A stretch of 64,000 nt of DNA from Kribbella sp. (GCA_036503355.1 DASXXB010000096.1:41776-105775), one strand, 5' to 3'; counted from the stretch's first letter, positions 25,207 to 35,415 are shown. A program made the numbers and translations. Notes: generated from the sequence alone by a model not told the origin.

Positions 25207-26895
25207 GTGATCGGTGTGACGAGTGGTCGGCGTGACAGCGAGCTGACGGCGCGGACCCGGGCAGTTCTGGCGTCCGCGGGCGGCCACGTCTTCGGCACGG
25301 AACCGGGACGGCTCGCGGCCGAGCTGTACGACGTACTCGCCCGGACGACCGCCCCGGCCGAGCGGGCCCGGGTGGCCGCAGCGCTGGCTCGCTGCTGGGT
25401 GTACGGCGGCCACGCGGATCGAGCCGCGCCGCTCGCGGACGAGGCGCTCGCGAACGCCGAGCAGACCGACGACCTTGAGCTGATCGCGGACTCGCTCGAC
25501 GCGGTCCTGGCGGCGCACTGGGGTCCTGACGAACTGCCGCTGCGGGAAGCGACCGCCGCGCGTCTGGACGAGGTGTCAGCGCGGGCGCTCGATCCGGAGG
25601 CGCGGCTCCGCGGTCAGTTGTGGGGCCTGCAGGTCGGATGGGAAACCCTGCGGGTGCAGGCGATCCGGCGTCACCTGCGGTCGCTGGAGCAGCTGGCGAC
25701 CGAGTCGCCGCGTGCTCTGTTCTTCGCGTCGTCGCGGCGATGGGTGTACGAGCACGTGTCCGGTCGTCCCGGCACCGAGTTGATCGCTGTCGCCGAGGAC
25801 GCGGGGTCGGAGGCCGGGCTGGCCGACGCGTGGATGGTGACGAGCATGATGCGCGGCTACACAGCCCTGCACGCCGGCGACACGACGGCCGCGGTCGAGT
25901 TGGCCGAACTGATGGAGGACTTCGCCCACCGCGAGGGCGTCACGGAGGTGGCGACCGAAGCGGCGTCCGTCTGGGCACTGCTCGACCGCCCCGACCGGGC
26001 CCGCTCCCTCCTCGAACAACTCGACCCGCTGGAGACGCTGGAGAATCTGCCCCGGGACGTGAACTATCTCCTGAACCTGTACTGCGTTCTCCAGGCGGCG
26101 CTCGTGGTCGGCGACGAGAGGATCGTCGGTACTGCGGCCCGCCTGCTGACGCCGTACGAGAACCGGGCCGTGGTCAACGCCGGCGCCGTCTACTTCCACG
26201 GTGTCACCGACGACGTGCTCGCCGGTGCAGCCGCGTTCGCCGGCGACACCGAACGAGCCGAGCAACTCCGTTCCAGAGCGCTGACCACCTACGCCAAGCT
26301 GGGGGCCACCTGGTGGCACGACCGGCTGCAGGTGTCAGAGGCGGCCGGCCACACGGTCGTACATTTCCATCCCGCGCAGGACGACCTCTGGTTGATCGGC
26401 CAGGACGCCCGTCCGATGCGTGCGCTGCGCGGATTCGGCTACCTGCATCGCATCCTCGCGCACCCTGGTCAGGCCGTGTCCGCCATCGACCTGGTCACCG
26501 ACGGCGCCACCGTCATCCAGGACGACGCCGGACCACAGCTCGATCGGCAGGCTGCCTCGGCGTACCGGAGCCGGCTGGCGGACCTCGGCACCGAACTGGA
26601 CGAGGCGACCGCCTGGTCCGACCTGGCCCGCGTCGAGACTCTGACCGCCGAACGCGAGGCCCTGCTGGCCGAACTGAGCTCGGCGGCCGGTCTGTCAGGC
26701 CGCCGGCGTGCCACCGGTTCGACCGCCGAGCGAGCACGGGTCGCCGCCACCAAGGCGATCGGCGCGGCCATCACCCGCATCGAGGCCGTCGACCCGGCTC
26801 TGGCCGCTCACTTGCGCGACGCGATCCGCACCGGCACCGAATGCACCTACCGCCCCCGCCCCGACGACCGGCTCAACTGGCTCTTGTCCAGTTAG
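25207..26895 (+). CDS. Putative transcriptional regulator: TPR-like helical region + C-terminal wHTH/coiled-coil, no recognisable ATPase domain
   Basis: C-terminal RGFGYLHRILAHPG...ERARVAATKAI...IRTGTECTYRP, resembling the C-termini of actinobacterial ATPase regulators; start uncertain (25207/25216). Confidence 0.6.
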   Translation: MIGVTSGRRDSELTARTRAVLASAGGHVFGTEPGRLAAELYDVLARTTAPAERARVAAALARCWVYGGHADRAAPLADEALANAEQTDDLELIADSLDAVLAAHWGPDELPLREATAARLDEVSARALDPEARLRGQLWGLQVGWETLRVQAIRRHLRSLEQLATESPRALFFASSRRWVYEHVSGRPGTELIAVAEDAGSEAGLADAWMVTSMMRGYTALHAGDTTAAVELAELMEDFAHREGVTEVATEAASVWALLDRPDRARSLLEQLDPLETLENLPRDVNYLLNLYCVLQAALVVGDERIVGTAARLLTPYENRAVVNAGAVYFHGVTDDVLAGAAAFAGDTERAEQLRSRALTTYAKLGATWWHDRLQVSEAAGHTVVHFHPAQDDLWLIGQDARPMRALRGFGYLHRILAHPGQAVSAIDLVTDGATVIQDDAGPQLDRQAASAYRSRLADLGTELDEATAWSDLARVETLTAEREALLAELSSAAGLSGRRRATGSTAERARVAATKAIGAAITRIEAVDPALAAHLRDAIRTGTECTYRPRPDDRLNWLLSS

Positions 26896-26921
26896 ACCGG
26901 GCCGAGGGCAGGCGGCCGGCC

Positions 26922-27311
26922 TCATTCAGGGCGGGGTGTGAAGACGGCGAACTGGTTGCCGGCGGGGTCGCGCAGGTAGGCGAAGTCCGGGGTGCCACCG
27001 CCGTTGCCGATGCGCTTGTTCACCACCGTGCCGCCGAGCTGGGCCGCTTCGGCACAGGTCGCCTCGACGTCGGCGACCAGGATGTAGAAGACGGCGTGGT
27101 TGGGCAGCTCGCCGTTGGTCGCGAACAGGCCGCCCATCGGCTGCTGCGCGCCGGGCGCGGTGATGTTGCGGTAGTCGAGTCCGCCGGACGTCAGGCTGCC
27201 GGACGACTCGAACGACCAGTCGAACAGGCTGCCGTAGAACTTCTCGGAGGTCTCCGGGTCGTCGCTCGCGACCTCGAACCAGGCCAGCGTGCCAGGGGCT
27301 GGAGTACTCAT
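26922..27311 (-). CDS. VOC/glyoxalase family protein
   Basis: AWFEV, FYGSLFDW, YILVADV, DPAGNQFAV. Confidence 0.9.
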   Translation of the reverse strand: MSTPAPGTLAWFEVASDDPETSEKFYGSLFDWSFESSGSLTSGGLDYRNITAPGAQQPMGGLFATNGELPNHAVFYILVADVEATCAEAAQLGGTVVNKRIGNGGGTPDFAYLRDPAGNQFAVFTPRPE

Positions 27312-27369
27312 GGATCTGTCTCCTTCGAACGTGGTGGGTACCAACGAGATCCACGGTCGCAGCGGTTCG

Positions 27370-27385
27370 CGACAGCCCTATGTCG
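27370..27385. promoter_or_regulatory. Candidate WYL-regulator site CGACA-N6-TGTCG upstream of the VOC gene
   Basis: CGACAGCCCTATGTCG, overlapping the WYL gene stop codon. Confidence 0.6.
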
Positions 27386-28112
27386 GTGTTGGAAAAAGAT
27401 CCTCCGGACGCAGCGCCGCCTCCGGCAGCTTGGTCTCGAGCCCGTCCACGTGCAGGTCGCCCGTCGCGGGCGGCCGCACCGGCCGGATCGCCGTCCGCTC
27501 GGCCTTGGTGATCCGGTCCATCCGGAACACCCGGTCCTGCTGCCGCAGATGACACCAGGCCGTCAGGTACGACCCGTTCGGGCCGACGACCACATGCTGC
27601 GGCTCGACCTCGCGGAGCGTCTCGATGCCGGCGCCGTCGGTGTAGGCGATCCGCAGCACCTGGTTGTCCCGCACCGCCCGCCAGATCTGCTCGGCCACCT
27701 CGATGTCCGGATCCGGCACCGGGCGCACCACCAGCCGAACCTTCGCGGCCGCGGTCCGCGCCTCGTCGAGGTCCCGTTGCGGCATCGCGGCGACGATCTT
27801 CTGCAGCGCGGTGCGCGAGTCCCGGGCGAACAGCACGTGATCACTGCGGCTCAGCGCGACGGCGACCGCCATCGCCTCCCGGGGCGTGAAGTTCAGCGGC
27901 GGGAGGCTCATCGCGCGATCCACGGAGTACCCGCCGGTCCGTCCTGGCTTGGTCGCCAGCGGCACGCCGGCCTGCCCGAGGGCGCTCAGGTCCCGCTCGA
28001 TGGTCCGCACACTGACCTCGAAACGAGCCGCCAGCTGTCGCGCCGTACGCCCGCGGGGACCTGCGGCGCGCAACTCCTCCGCGAGGGCGTACAGCCGATC
28101 GATCCGGTTCAT
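27378..28112 (-). CDS. HTH-WYL transcriptional regulator (short form, no WCX domain)
   Basis: MNRIDRL...FEVSVRTIERDL, GGY, YLTAWCHLRQQDRVFRMDRI. Confidence 0.92.
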   Translation of the reverse strand: MNRIDRLYALAEELRAAGPRGRTARQLAARFEVSVRTIERDLSALGQAGVPLATKPGRTGGYSVDRAMSLPPLNFTPREAMAVAVALSRSDHVLFARDSRTALQKIVAAMPQRDLDEARTAAAKVRLVVRPVPDPDIEVAEQIWRAVRDNQVLRIAYTDGAGIETLREVEPQHVVVGPNGSYLTAWCHLRQQDRVFRMDRITKAERTAIRPVRPPATGDLHVDGLETKLPEAALRPEDLFPTPT

Positions 28113-28145
28113 GCAACGCACCCTAGGCGCCGCCATGGACAGTTC

Positions 28146-28769
28146 TTATTGAGGGAGTTCGGCCCCGGTGCGCTCGGCGAGCATGTAGGTGGCGTACCAG
28201 ACCGGCCAGTTCTCGTCGGCCTGGCCGGTGCGGGCCTCGTGCTCGCCGTGGGCGGTCGCGGCGCGGCGCAGGGCGGCCTCGAGGTCGTCGACCGAGGTGT
28301 ACGTCGCCTCGCTGACACGACCCGGGAGACGCTTGGTGACCTCCTGCAGCAGCCAGGTGTTGCCGTCGGGGTCGCCGAAGGTCGCGAACGAGCCGTAGCT
28401 GGAGCGGTCGTCCGCGGGGCCAGGGACCCGGCCGTTGCCGGCGCCGGGCTCGAACTGCGCACCGGGCGCGCTCGGGTGGAACACGTCGCTGATCTTGGCG
28501 CCGGCCGCGAGCAGCTCGGACCGCGCGGCCTCGATGTCGTCGACGACCAGGTAGAGCCCTTGTGCCGTACCCGGCTCGGCCGCGGTGATGCCGGTGCCGA
28601 ACTGGACCGAGGCGGGGGAGCCCGGCGGGGTGAACTGCACGACCCGGAAGCCGTTGTCGAACGCGAAGTCCGCGTCCAGCCGCCAGCCGAGGCCGGTGTA
28701 GAACTCCTTGGACCGGTCGGCGTCGGCCACCGGAATGACAACGGCTTCGAACTTCAGGTCGGTGCTCAT
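28146..28769 (-). CDS. VOC/glyoxalase family protein with C-terminal helical extension
   Basis: VIPVAD.DRSKEFY, VQFTPPGS, DPDGNTWLLQE. Confidence 0.88.
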   Translation of the reverse strand: MSTDLKFEAVVIPVADADRSKEFYTGLGWRLDADFAFDNGFRVVQFTPPGSPASVQFGTGITAAEPGTAQGLYLVVDDIEAARSELLAAGAKISDVFHPSAPGAQFEPGAGNGRVPGPADDRSSYGSFATFGDPDGNTWLLQEVTKRLPGRVSEATYTSVDDLEAALRRAATAHGEHEARTGQADENWPVWYATYMLAERTGAELPQ

Positions 28770-28893
28770 GACGTCCTCCTGGGATCAATGGTTTCGCTGA
28801 CCCCAATCTGCCGCTCCGCCGCCCCCGTGACACCAGTGGGAATACCTGGTCATTACCCTGGCGCACCGCCGTCCGGCCGTAGGGTCTGTCACT

Positions 28894-30609
28894 GTGGACC
28901 ATCAGATCGTTCTGATTGCCGGTGCCGGGCTCGCGATCATGATCACCGCCTCGGTGTTCGCGCGGCGGACTGGCGTCGCCGCACCGTTGCTGCTGGTGGC
29001 GCTCGGCATCGGCGCCAGTTATCTCCCGAGCACGCCGGCGATCCACATCGAGCCGGAGATCATCCTCGCGGGCATCCTGCCGCCGCTGCTCTACACGTCG
29101 GCGGTGAAGCTGCCGGTGATCGACGTACGGCGCAACGCCGGGCTGATCTCGTGGTTGTCGGTCGTGATGGTGATCGTCTCGGCGCTGGTGATCGGGGCGC
29201 TGGTGCACGCGGTGTTCCCGAGCATCTCGTTCGCGCTGGCCGTCGCGCTCGGAGCGGTCGTCAGCCCGACGGACGCGGTGGCGGCGACCGCGATCGGGCA
29301 CCGGGTCGGGCTGCCACCGCGGCTGATGACTGTGCTCGAGGGTGAGAGTCTGGTCAACGACGCGTCGGCGCTGGTCGTCCTGCGGACCGCGGTGGCCGCG
29401 CTCGCGGTCACCACTCATTTCAACCCCGGTCGCACCATCCTCGACTTCGCGTGGGCGGTCGTCGGCGCAGTCCTGATCGGCCTGGTCGTCGGGTTCCTGA
29501 CCGTCGTCCTGCGTCAGCGCCTGGACGACCCGGTGCTGAACACCACGATCTCGTTCGCCGTCCCGTTCCTCGCCTACTTCCCGGCCGAGGAAGTCAACGC
29601 GTCGGGTGTCCTCGCGGTGGTGATCGCCGGCTTGCTGACCGGCGCGCTCGGCAACCGCCGGTTCAGTGCCCGCGACCGGCAGACCCAGTCGACGACCTGG
29701 ACGACGATCAGCTTCATCCTGGAGAGCGGCGTCTTCCTGGCGATGGGCTACGAGTTGCCCGAGCTCGTGAACGATGCCCGCGCGGAGACCACCCTCGGCG
29801 AGATCACGGTGCTCGTCCTGCTGGTGGTCGGGCTGCTGATCGCGTTGCGGTTCCTCGGTCTGGCCTGGCCGGCGTTGCAGAGCCATTTCGGCCCGAGCGA
29901 TCGCCACGAGCAGGTGCACGCCCAGCTGGACCAGTTCGAGGAGCGCCTGGAGTCCGTGGAGCCGTCGAGCCGGCGGGAGGAGAACCGCGTCGCGTGGGCC
30001 CGCAAACGGCTCGCGCGCGGCCGCGCCGACGCCGACTTCGAGGAGCGCGAACCGATCACGGCCCGCGGCCTGCTGGTGCTCGCCTGGGCGGGGATGCGCG
30101 GCGTCGTCACGGTCGCTGCGGCGCAGACGATCCCGGCCGGTACGCCGCATCGCGCGACCGTCGTACTCGCCGCGTTCATCGTCGCGCTGATCACGCTGGT
30201 GATGTTCGGCATCTCGCTGCCCGCGGTGATCGCGAAGATGCGGTTCCGGCCGGAGAGTGCGCAGGACAAGCGGGACTCCGTCCAGGAGCTGATGCGGCAG
30301 ATCGGCGAGGCGGCGATCGACGCCGTCGGCCCGCTGGAGGAGCAGACCGTCGACGGCGAGCCGCTGGACCCGGACGTCGTCCACGTCCTGAAGGACCGGA
30401 TCGTGCCGCGGCTCGTTTCCGGCAGCCAGCAGCTCCGCGAGACCAAGCCGGACACCCGCGAGCAGATGGCAGTCGTCCAGCGCCGCTACCTGGACGCGAT
30501 GCGGGAAGCGTTGAGCACCGAACGCAGCATCGGGGCCTACAACTCCGACACCTACCGCCGGGTCCAGGGCTTCCTCGACACCATCGAACAACGCTTCAGC
30601 ACGGCCTGA
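28894..30609 (+). CDS. CPA1 family Na+/H+ antiporter
   Basis: SPTDAVA, EGESLVNDA, SGVLAVV, WAGMRGVVT. Confidence 0.92.
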   Translation: MDHQIVLIAGAGLAIMITASVFARRTGVAAPLLLVALGIGASYLPSTPAIHIEPEIILAGILPPLLYTSAVKLPVIDVRRNAGLISWLSVVMVIVSALVIGALVHAVFPSISFALAVALGAVVSPTDAVAATAIGHRVGLPPRLMTVLEGESLVNDASALVVLRTAVAALAVTTHFNPGRTILDFAWAVVGAVLIGLVVGFLTVVLRQRLDDPVLNTTISFAVPFLAYFPAEEVNASGVLAVVIAGLLTGALGNRRFSARDRQTQSTTWTTISFILESGVFLAMGYELPELVNDARAETTLGEITVLVLLVVGLLIALRFLGLAWPALQSHFGPSDRHEQVHAQLDQFEERLESVEPSSRREENRVAWARKRLARGRADADFEEREPITARGLLVLAWAGMRGVVTVAAAQTIPAGTPHRATVVLAAFIVALITLVMFGISLPAVIAKMRFRPESAQDKRDSVQELMRQIGEAAIDAVGPLEEQTVDGEPLDPDVVHVLKDRIVPRLVSGSQQLRETKPDTREQMAVVQRRYLDAMREALSTERSIGAYNSDTYRRVQGFLDTIEQRFSTA

Positions 30610-30627
30610 CCGTTAGAGTCGGGTGCT

Positions 30628-32232
30628 GTGACTTTTGCCGCCACGATCGACATCCGCACCGGCCGCCGGCACGCCATCGACCCGATGATCTACGGGCACT
30701 TCCTGGAGTCCGCGTTCTTCGGCAACATCGACGGCGGTGTCTTCGACGAGGGATCACCGCTGGCGTACGACGGTCCCGATGCACGCAACGGTCTGCGCAC
30801 GGACGTGATCAAGCTCTGCCAGGAGCTCGGGCTTCCCGTCGTCCGCTGGCCGGGCGGCAACTTCACGTCGGCGTACCACTGGGAGGACGGCATCGGGCCG
30901 CGCGCCGACCGCCCGCGCCGGCTGGAGTTGGCGTGGGGCTCCGAGGAGGACAACCACTTCGGGACCGACGAGTTCCTCGCCTGGTGTGTGGAGGTCGGGA
31001 CCGAGCCGTACCTCGCGCACAGCTGCCGCGACGTCGACGAGGCGGTCCGCTGGGTCGAGTACACGAACTACGCCGGCGACACCGAATACACCCGCCGCCG
31101 GGGACGCGCGCCGTACGGCGTGAAGTACTGGGGCCTCGGCAACGAGGTGTACGGCGACTGGCAGATGGGCCATCGCCCCGCCGCCCGGTACGCCGCGGAC
31201 GCGGCCGAGCATGCCCGCTTCATGCATGCGGTCGACCCGTCGCTGAAGTTCATCGCCGTTGGCAAGACCGACGACCGCGACGGCTGGACCGACGCCGTAC
31301 TGCGGGCCGTGGGCAACCAGATCGACTACCTGTCCTTCCACCTGTACGGCGCGACCACCCAGCTGATCGACGGCGCCGCGGAGTACGACGCGATCGTTGC
31401 CCAGTCCCTGTACTTCGAGCAGCAGATCGTCGAGTACTCCGACCTGGTCGGCGCCGTCGCGGCCCGGGCCGGCGTCGAACGGCCGCTCGGTCTCGCACTG
31501 GACGAGTGGAACATCCGGCACGTGGAGCCCGCGAGCTGGCCGGATCCGCAACCCTCCGACGACGGCGGCACGGTCGCCCGCGACGTGGACGGGCTGCCGA
31601 CGCATCCCGCGCACCGCGTGAACCGCTGGAGTCCGCGCACGCTCGCCGACGCACTGTTCTACGCCGGCGTGTTCCACGCCCTGCACCGCGCCGCCGGCCG
31701 CGAGGTCCCGGTGACGATGGCGAACACCGTCAACCTGCTGAACGCGAACGGCGTGATCGTTGCCCGGCCCAACGGTTCGGTGCGCGCGGCGACGTACCAC
31801 GTCTGGGATCTGTACCAGAACCACCTCGGCCCTGTCGCGCTTGACGCCGACGTACGGTCGTCCGGCCGGCTGGTCGCCGTACGGCAGGGTGACGAGCGTG
31901 ATGCGCGCGGCGAGTTCCGTACCCAGCCGGCGACGGTTCCGGACCTGGATGTGTCCGCGACGCAGACCGCTGACGGGCGCGAGGTCCGGATGGCTGTCAT
32001 CAACCGCCATCGCGACACCCCGATCCGCGCCGTGCTGACGCTCGACGGCCGCCCCGAGGCATTGCCTGCTCGGTGCGTGGCGAAGCAGTTGAGCGCCGAC
32101 GACGTACTCGCCGTGAACACTCTGAGTGCTCCTGATGCCGTCGTCCTGCGCGACCTCGGAACGCAAGAGCTGGCGGATGCGACGTACGAGTTCCCGCCGC
32201 ACAGCATTACCGTGCTCTCCTTCGCGCGCTAG
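30628..32232 (+). CDS. Alpha-L-arabinofuranosidase (GH51)
   Basis: YGHFLE, RWPGGNF, FGTDEF, WGLGNE (acid/base), DEWN (nucleophile). Confidence 0.92.
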   Translation: MTFAATIDIRTGRRHAIDPMIYGHFLESAFFGNIDGGVFDEGSPLAYDGPDARNGLRTDVIKLCQELGLPVVRWPGGNFTSAYHWEDGIGPRADRPRRLELAWGSEEDNHFGTDEFLAWCVEVGTEPYLAHSCRDVDEAVRWVEYTNYAGDTEYTRRRGRAPYGVKYWGLGNEVYGDWQMGHRPAARYAADAAEHARFMHAVDPSLKFIAVGKTDDRDGWTDAVLRAVGNQIDYLSFHLYGATTQLIDGAAEYDAIVAQSLYFEQQIVEYSDLVGAVAARAGVERPLGLALDEWNIRHVEPASWPDPQPSDDGGTVARDVDGLPTHPAHRVNRWSPRTLADALFYAGVFHALHRAAGREVPVTMANTVNLLNANGVIVARPNGSVRAATYHVWDLYQNHLGPVALDADVRSSGRLVAVRQGDERDARGEFRTQPATVPDLDVSATQTADGREVRMAVINRHRDTPIRAVLTLDGRPEALPARCVAKQLSADDVLAVNTLSAPDAVVLRDLGTQELADATYEFPPHSITVLSFAR

Positions 32233-32242
32233 TGTCCTGAGG

Positions 32243-32620
32243 ATGGCGAGTGTTCCGCGGGTGCTGGTGATCGGGCTGGATCCGTACCGCGTGCCCGGGC
32301 CGTGGGATCCGGAGCCGGTGGTGAGGGGGATACAGGCGGGGATGGACGACTTCGCCGCGCACGGCGTCGGGGTGCAGACGTGTCTGGTCGGCCTCGACGG
32401 CAGCGACGACATCGAGGCCGTCGTCACCGCTGCCCTGGCGTCGCGGGCGTGGGAGTGCGTCGTGGTGGGAGGTGGCATCCGCAAGTCCGAGGAGCAGTTC
32501 GAGCTCTTCGAGACGATCGTCAACCTGATCCGCCGGCACGCCCCGGACGCCGCGATCGCCTTCAACAACACCCCCGGCGACACCTACAACGCCGCCGCTC
32601 GCTGGCTCACCAGCGACTGA
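32243..32620 (+). CDS. Conserved hypothetical protein
   Basis: High-GC codon pattern; CVVVGGGIR...AIAFN.TP. Confidence 0.7.
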   Translation: MASVPRVLVIGLDPYRVPGPWDPEPVVRGIQAGMDDFAAHGVGVQTCLVGLDGSDDIEAVVTAALASRAWECVVVGGGIRKSEEQFELFETIVNLIRRHAPDAAIAFNNTPGDTYNAAARWLTSD

Positions 32621-32632
32621 GGTACGCCGAAC

Positions 32633-33202
32633 TCAGCGGAGGTCGAGTCGCATCAGCACCCGGGGATGGCCCGAGAGCGTGGACGTGGTGTCGGCGGCCT
32701 TCGTGAAGCCCGCGTGCTCGAAGTTCTTCCGGATGCCGGCGTACGCCATCGTCAGGTCGACCTTGCTGTCACCGTTGTCGAGTGGGTAAGCCTCGACTGC
32801 CGGTGCGCCGTTCGCCCGCGCGAAGTCCACCGCGCCCGCGATCAGCGCATGCGAGATGCCCTGACCGCGATGCCCTGGCCGGACACGGATGCACCACAGC
32901 GACCACACCGGCAGGTCGTCGACGTGCGGGATCTTCCGGTTCCGCGCGAACGTCGTGTCCGCGCGCGGAGCGATCGCGGCCCATCCGACAGGAGTGTCCC
33001 CGTCGTACGCGAGCACGCCCGGTGCCGGCGTCGCCCGGCACAACTCCGCGACGTACTCAGCACGCGCCTGCCCGCGGAGCGCGTTGTTGACCTTCGACGG
33101 GATGCGATAGCTCAGACAGAAACAGACCGTGGAAGTCGGCGACTTCGGCCCGATCACCTGCCGGACATCCTCGAACACGTCCGCCGGCCGCACATCGATC
33201 AT
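32633..33202 (-). CDS. GNAT family acetyltransferase
   Basis: CFC, VGWAAIAP, RGQGIS, VEAYP; ATGA-coupled to recQ. Confidence 0.88.
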   Translation of the reverse strand: MIDVRPADVFEDVRQVIGPKSPTSTVCFCLSYRIPSKVNNALRGQARAEYVAELCRATPAPGVLAYDGDTPVGWAAIAPRADTTFARNRKIPHVDDLPVWSLWCIRVRPGHRGQGISHALIAGAVDFARANGAPAVEAYPLDNGDSKVDLTMAYAGIRKNFEHAGFTKAADTTSTLSGHPRVLMRLDLR

Positions 33203-34803
33203 GGCTTGCTCTCCGGTTGCAGGAGGTGGTTGTGGATCATGAACGCCGTCCGGAGTTCCTTGTAGCCGACGCGGTCGAACAGAACCGTCATCGCGGTGCC
33301 GTCGTAGTGCTCGACCAGGCCGGGCCCGAACGCGCGGTGCGTGACACGGCTGCCGACCGGGAACGGCTGGTCCTCGGGCGGTGCTGCGGTGCGGCCCGCC
33401 AGGTCGTTGTCGCAATTGCCGCACGGACCGTCGTACCGCTCGCCGAAGTAGCTCAGCAGCCACTCGCGCCGGCAGCCGCCGTACTCCGCGTACGCCGCCA
33501 TCATCTCGACCCGGGACCGCGCGACCTCGCGGCGGTCGTGCTCGACGGACGAGGCGGCGGCGACGGCCTCGTCGACGCTGGTGGTGAGCTGGAATCGATG
33601 GCCGGCAGCAACCGCTCGCGCGTCGGTCAGCCGGCCGAGCGCGCGCTCGACCCGGGCGACGCTCAGGCCGGCCGCCTCGGCAAGCTCGGCGATGCTCCCC
33701 GGACGGCCCTGCTCGACGGCAGCGGAAACCGCGCGGAGGTCGTCGTCGGTGACACCCCCGGAGGCGAAGAAGCGGTTCAGGCCGAGGTCCGCGTGCCGGA
33801 AGAACAGCTCGACGTCGGCCGGTTCGCCGTCACGTCCGGCGCGGCCGATCTCCTGGTAGTAGGCGTCGACCGACGAGGGTGCCTCGGCATGGCTGACCCA
33901 GCGGATGTCCGGCTTGTCGATCCCCATCCCGAACGCGATCGTCGCGACCACGACCCGGCAGTTGCCGGCCAGGAACGAGTCCTGGACGGTACGGCGCTCC
34001 TTCGCCGGGAGCCCGGCGTGGTACGCCGACGCGGACACGCCGGCGGTGTGCAGGTCCGACGCGAGGTCCTCGGCATGCCGGTGCGTACCGACGTACACGA
34101 TGCCGGGCCCGCGCGACGAGCGCACGTGGCTGAGCAGGCGGCGGTACTTCGTGTCGTCGTCGGCGAACGCGAACACTGCGAGGTTGAGGTTCGGCCGGTC
34201 GAAGCCCCCGACGACCACCTCGGGATCGGTCAGCTCCAGGCGATGCACGATCTGCTCGCGCACCGGGGGAGCGGCGGTGGCGGTGAGCGCCAGCACCGGC
34301 GGCCGGCCCATCGCCCGGATCGCCGCGCCGAGACGCAGGTAGTCGGGGCGGAAGTCCTCACCCCATTCACTGACCAGATGCGCCTCGTCCACAGCCATCA
34401 GCCGCGGCCGCGACGCCGCGAGCAGTTCGAGTACGTCGGGATGCGTCAGCTGCTCGGGCGACAGCAGCACGAACCCCGGCCGGTTGTTCGTCAGCATCTC
34501 GCGCGCCGCCCGCCCGCCGGCGTGGTCGGTGGCGTTCAGCTCCTCGACCTCGACATCGCCGAGCTGTGCCGACAGGGCCCGCAGTTGATCCCGCTGCAAC
34601 GCCACCAGCGGACTGACCACCACCGTGACGCCGCCGAGCGCCAGCCCGGCCAACTGGTAGATCGCCGTCTTCCCGGTCCCGGTGGCGAGCACGGCAAGCG
34701 TGTCCCGCCCATCGACCACCGCGCGCACCGCCTCGGCCTGCCCCGGCCGCAACGCCGTGAACCCCAGCCGCTCCCGCGCCAGCGCCGCGACGTCAACCGA
34801 CAC
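33199..34803 (-). CDS. recQ: RecQ family ATP-dependent DNA helicase
   Basis: TGTGKT, DEAH, WGEDFRPDY, TATA, ATIAFGMGIDK, QEIGRAGRDG, Zn site CRR..CGNCDN. Confidence 0.9.
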   Translation of the reverse strand: MSVDVAALARERLGFTALRPGQAEAVRAVVDGRDTLAVLATGTGKTAIYQLAGLALGGVTVVVSPLVALQRDQLRALSAQLGDVEVEELNATDHAGGRAAREMLTNNRPGFVLLSPEQLTHPDVLELLAASRPRLMAVDEAHLVSEWGEDFRPDYLRLGAAIRAMGRPPVLALTATAAPPVREQIVHRLELTDPEVVVGGFDRPNLNLAVFAFADDDTKYRRLLSHVRSSRGPGIVYVGTHRHAEDLASDLHTAGVSASAYHAGLPAKERRTVQDSFLAGNCRVVVATIAFGMGIDKPDIRWVSHAEAPSSVDAYYQEIGRAGRDGEPADVELFFRHADLGLNRFFASGGVTDDDLRAVSAAVEQGRPGSIAELAEAAGLSVARVERALGRLTDARAVAAGHRFQLTTSVDEAVAAASSVEHDRREVARSRVEMMAAYAEYGGCRREWLLSYFGERYDGPCGNCDNDLAGRTAAPPEDQPFPVGSRVTHRAFGPGLVEHYDGTAMTVLFDRVGYKELRTAFMIHNHLLQPESKP

Positions 34804-34839
34804 GTCGAACCCTCATGCGGGAACGGTAATACAGCGGCG

Positions 34840-35415
34840 TCAGTGCTGTACGGCGTACGTCAATTTCTGGATGCCGTTCGAGTAGGACTCGCTGGAGGTC
34901 AGCTCGAGCTTGACCTTGTCGCGGTCGGCGTCGCTGAACAGCCGCTTGCCGGCGCCGAGCAGGACGGGGAACACGAGCAGGTTGTACTGGTCGATCAGGC
35001 CCGCGTCGGACAGGTTCCGGTTCAGGGTCGCGCTCCCGTTGACGATGATCGGGCCGCCCTCGGTCTGCTTCAGCGCGGCGACGTCGTCGAGCGAGCGCAG
35101 GATCGTCGTCTCGCCCCAGTTCGTCACCAGGTCGCTGTCCTGCAGGGTGGTCGAGACGACGTACTTCGGCATCGCGTTGTAGCCCGGGAAGTCGTCGGTC
35201 ATCTTCGGCCACACCGGCGCGAACGCCTGGTAGCTGACCCGGCCGAGCAGCAGCGCGGTGGCCTGCTGCTGTTCCTCGCCCTTCAGCGCGTACGCCGACG
35301 CGTCGAACGGGATGTCCTTGAAGGTCCAGCCCGAGTTGCGGTAACCCGGCTCGCCGCCCGGGGCCTCCACGACGCCGTCGAGCGAGATGAACGCGGTGGT
35401 GATGAGGGTACGCAT
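34840..35415 (-). CDS. Dihydrofolate reductase-like (RibD C-terminal domain) protein
   Basis: ISLDGVVEAP, LLGRVSY, KYVVS, GSATL, PVLLGAGKRLF. Confidence 0.9.
   Translation of the reverse strand: MRTLITTAFISLDGVVEAPGGEPGYRNSGWTFKDIPFDASAYALKGEEQQQATALLLGRVSYQAFAPVWPKMTDDFPGYNAMPKYVVSTTLQDSDLVTNWGETTILRSLDDVAALKQTEGGPIIVNGSATLNRNLSDAGLIDQYNLLVFPVLLGAGKRLFSDADRDKVKLELTSSESYSNGIQKLTYAVQH

Noticed and set aside
25620..29345. 1241-aa ORF on the + strand
   Set aside because: Arg/Gly/Pro-rich shadow frame overlapping five genes with recognisable motifs; a typical high-GC artefact.
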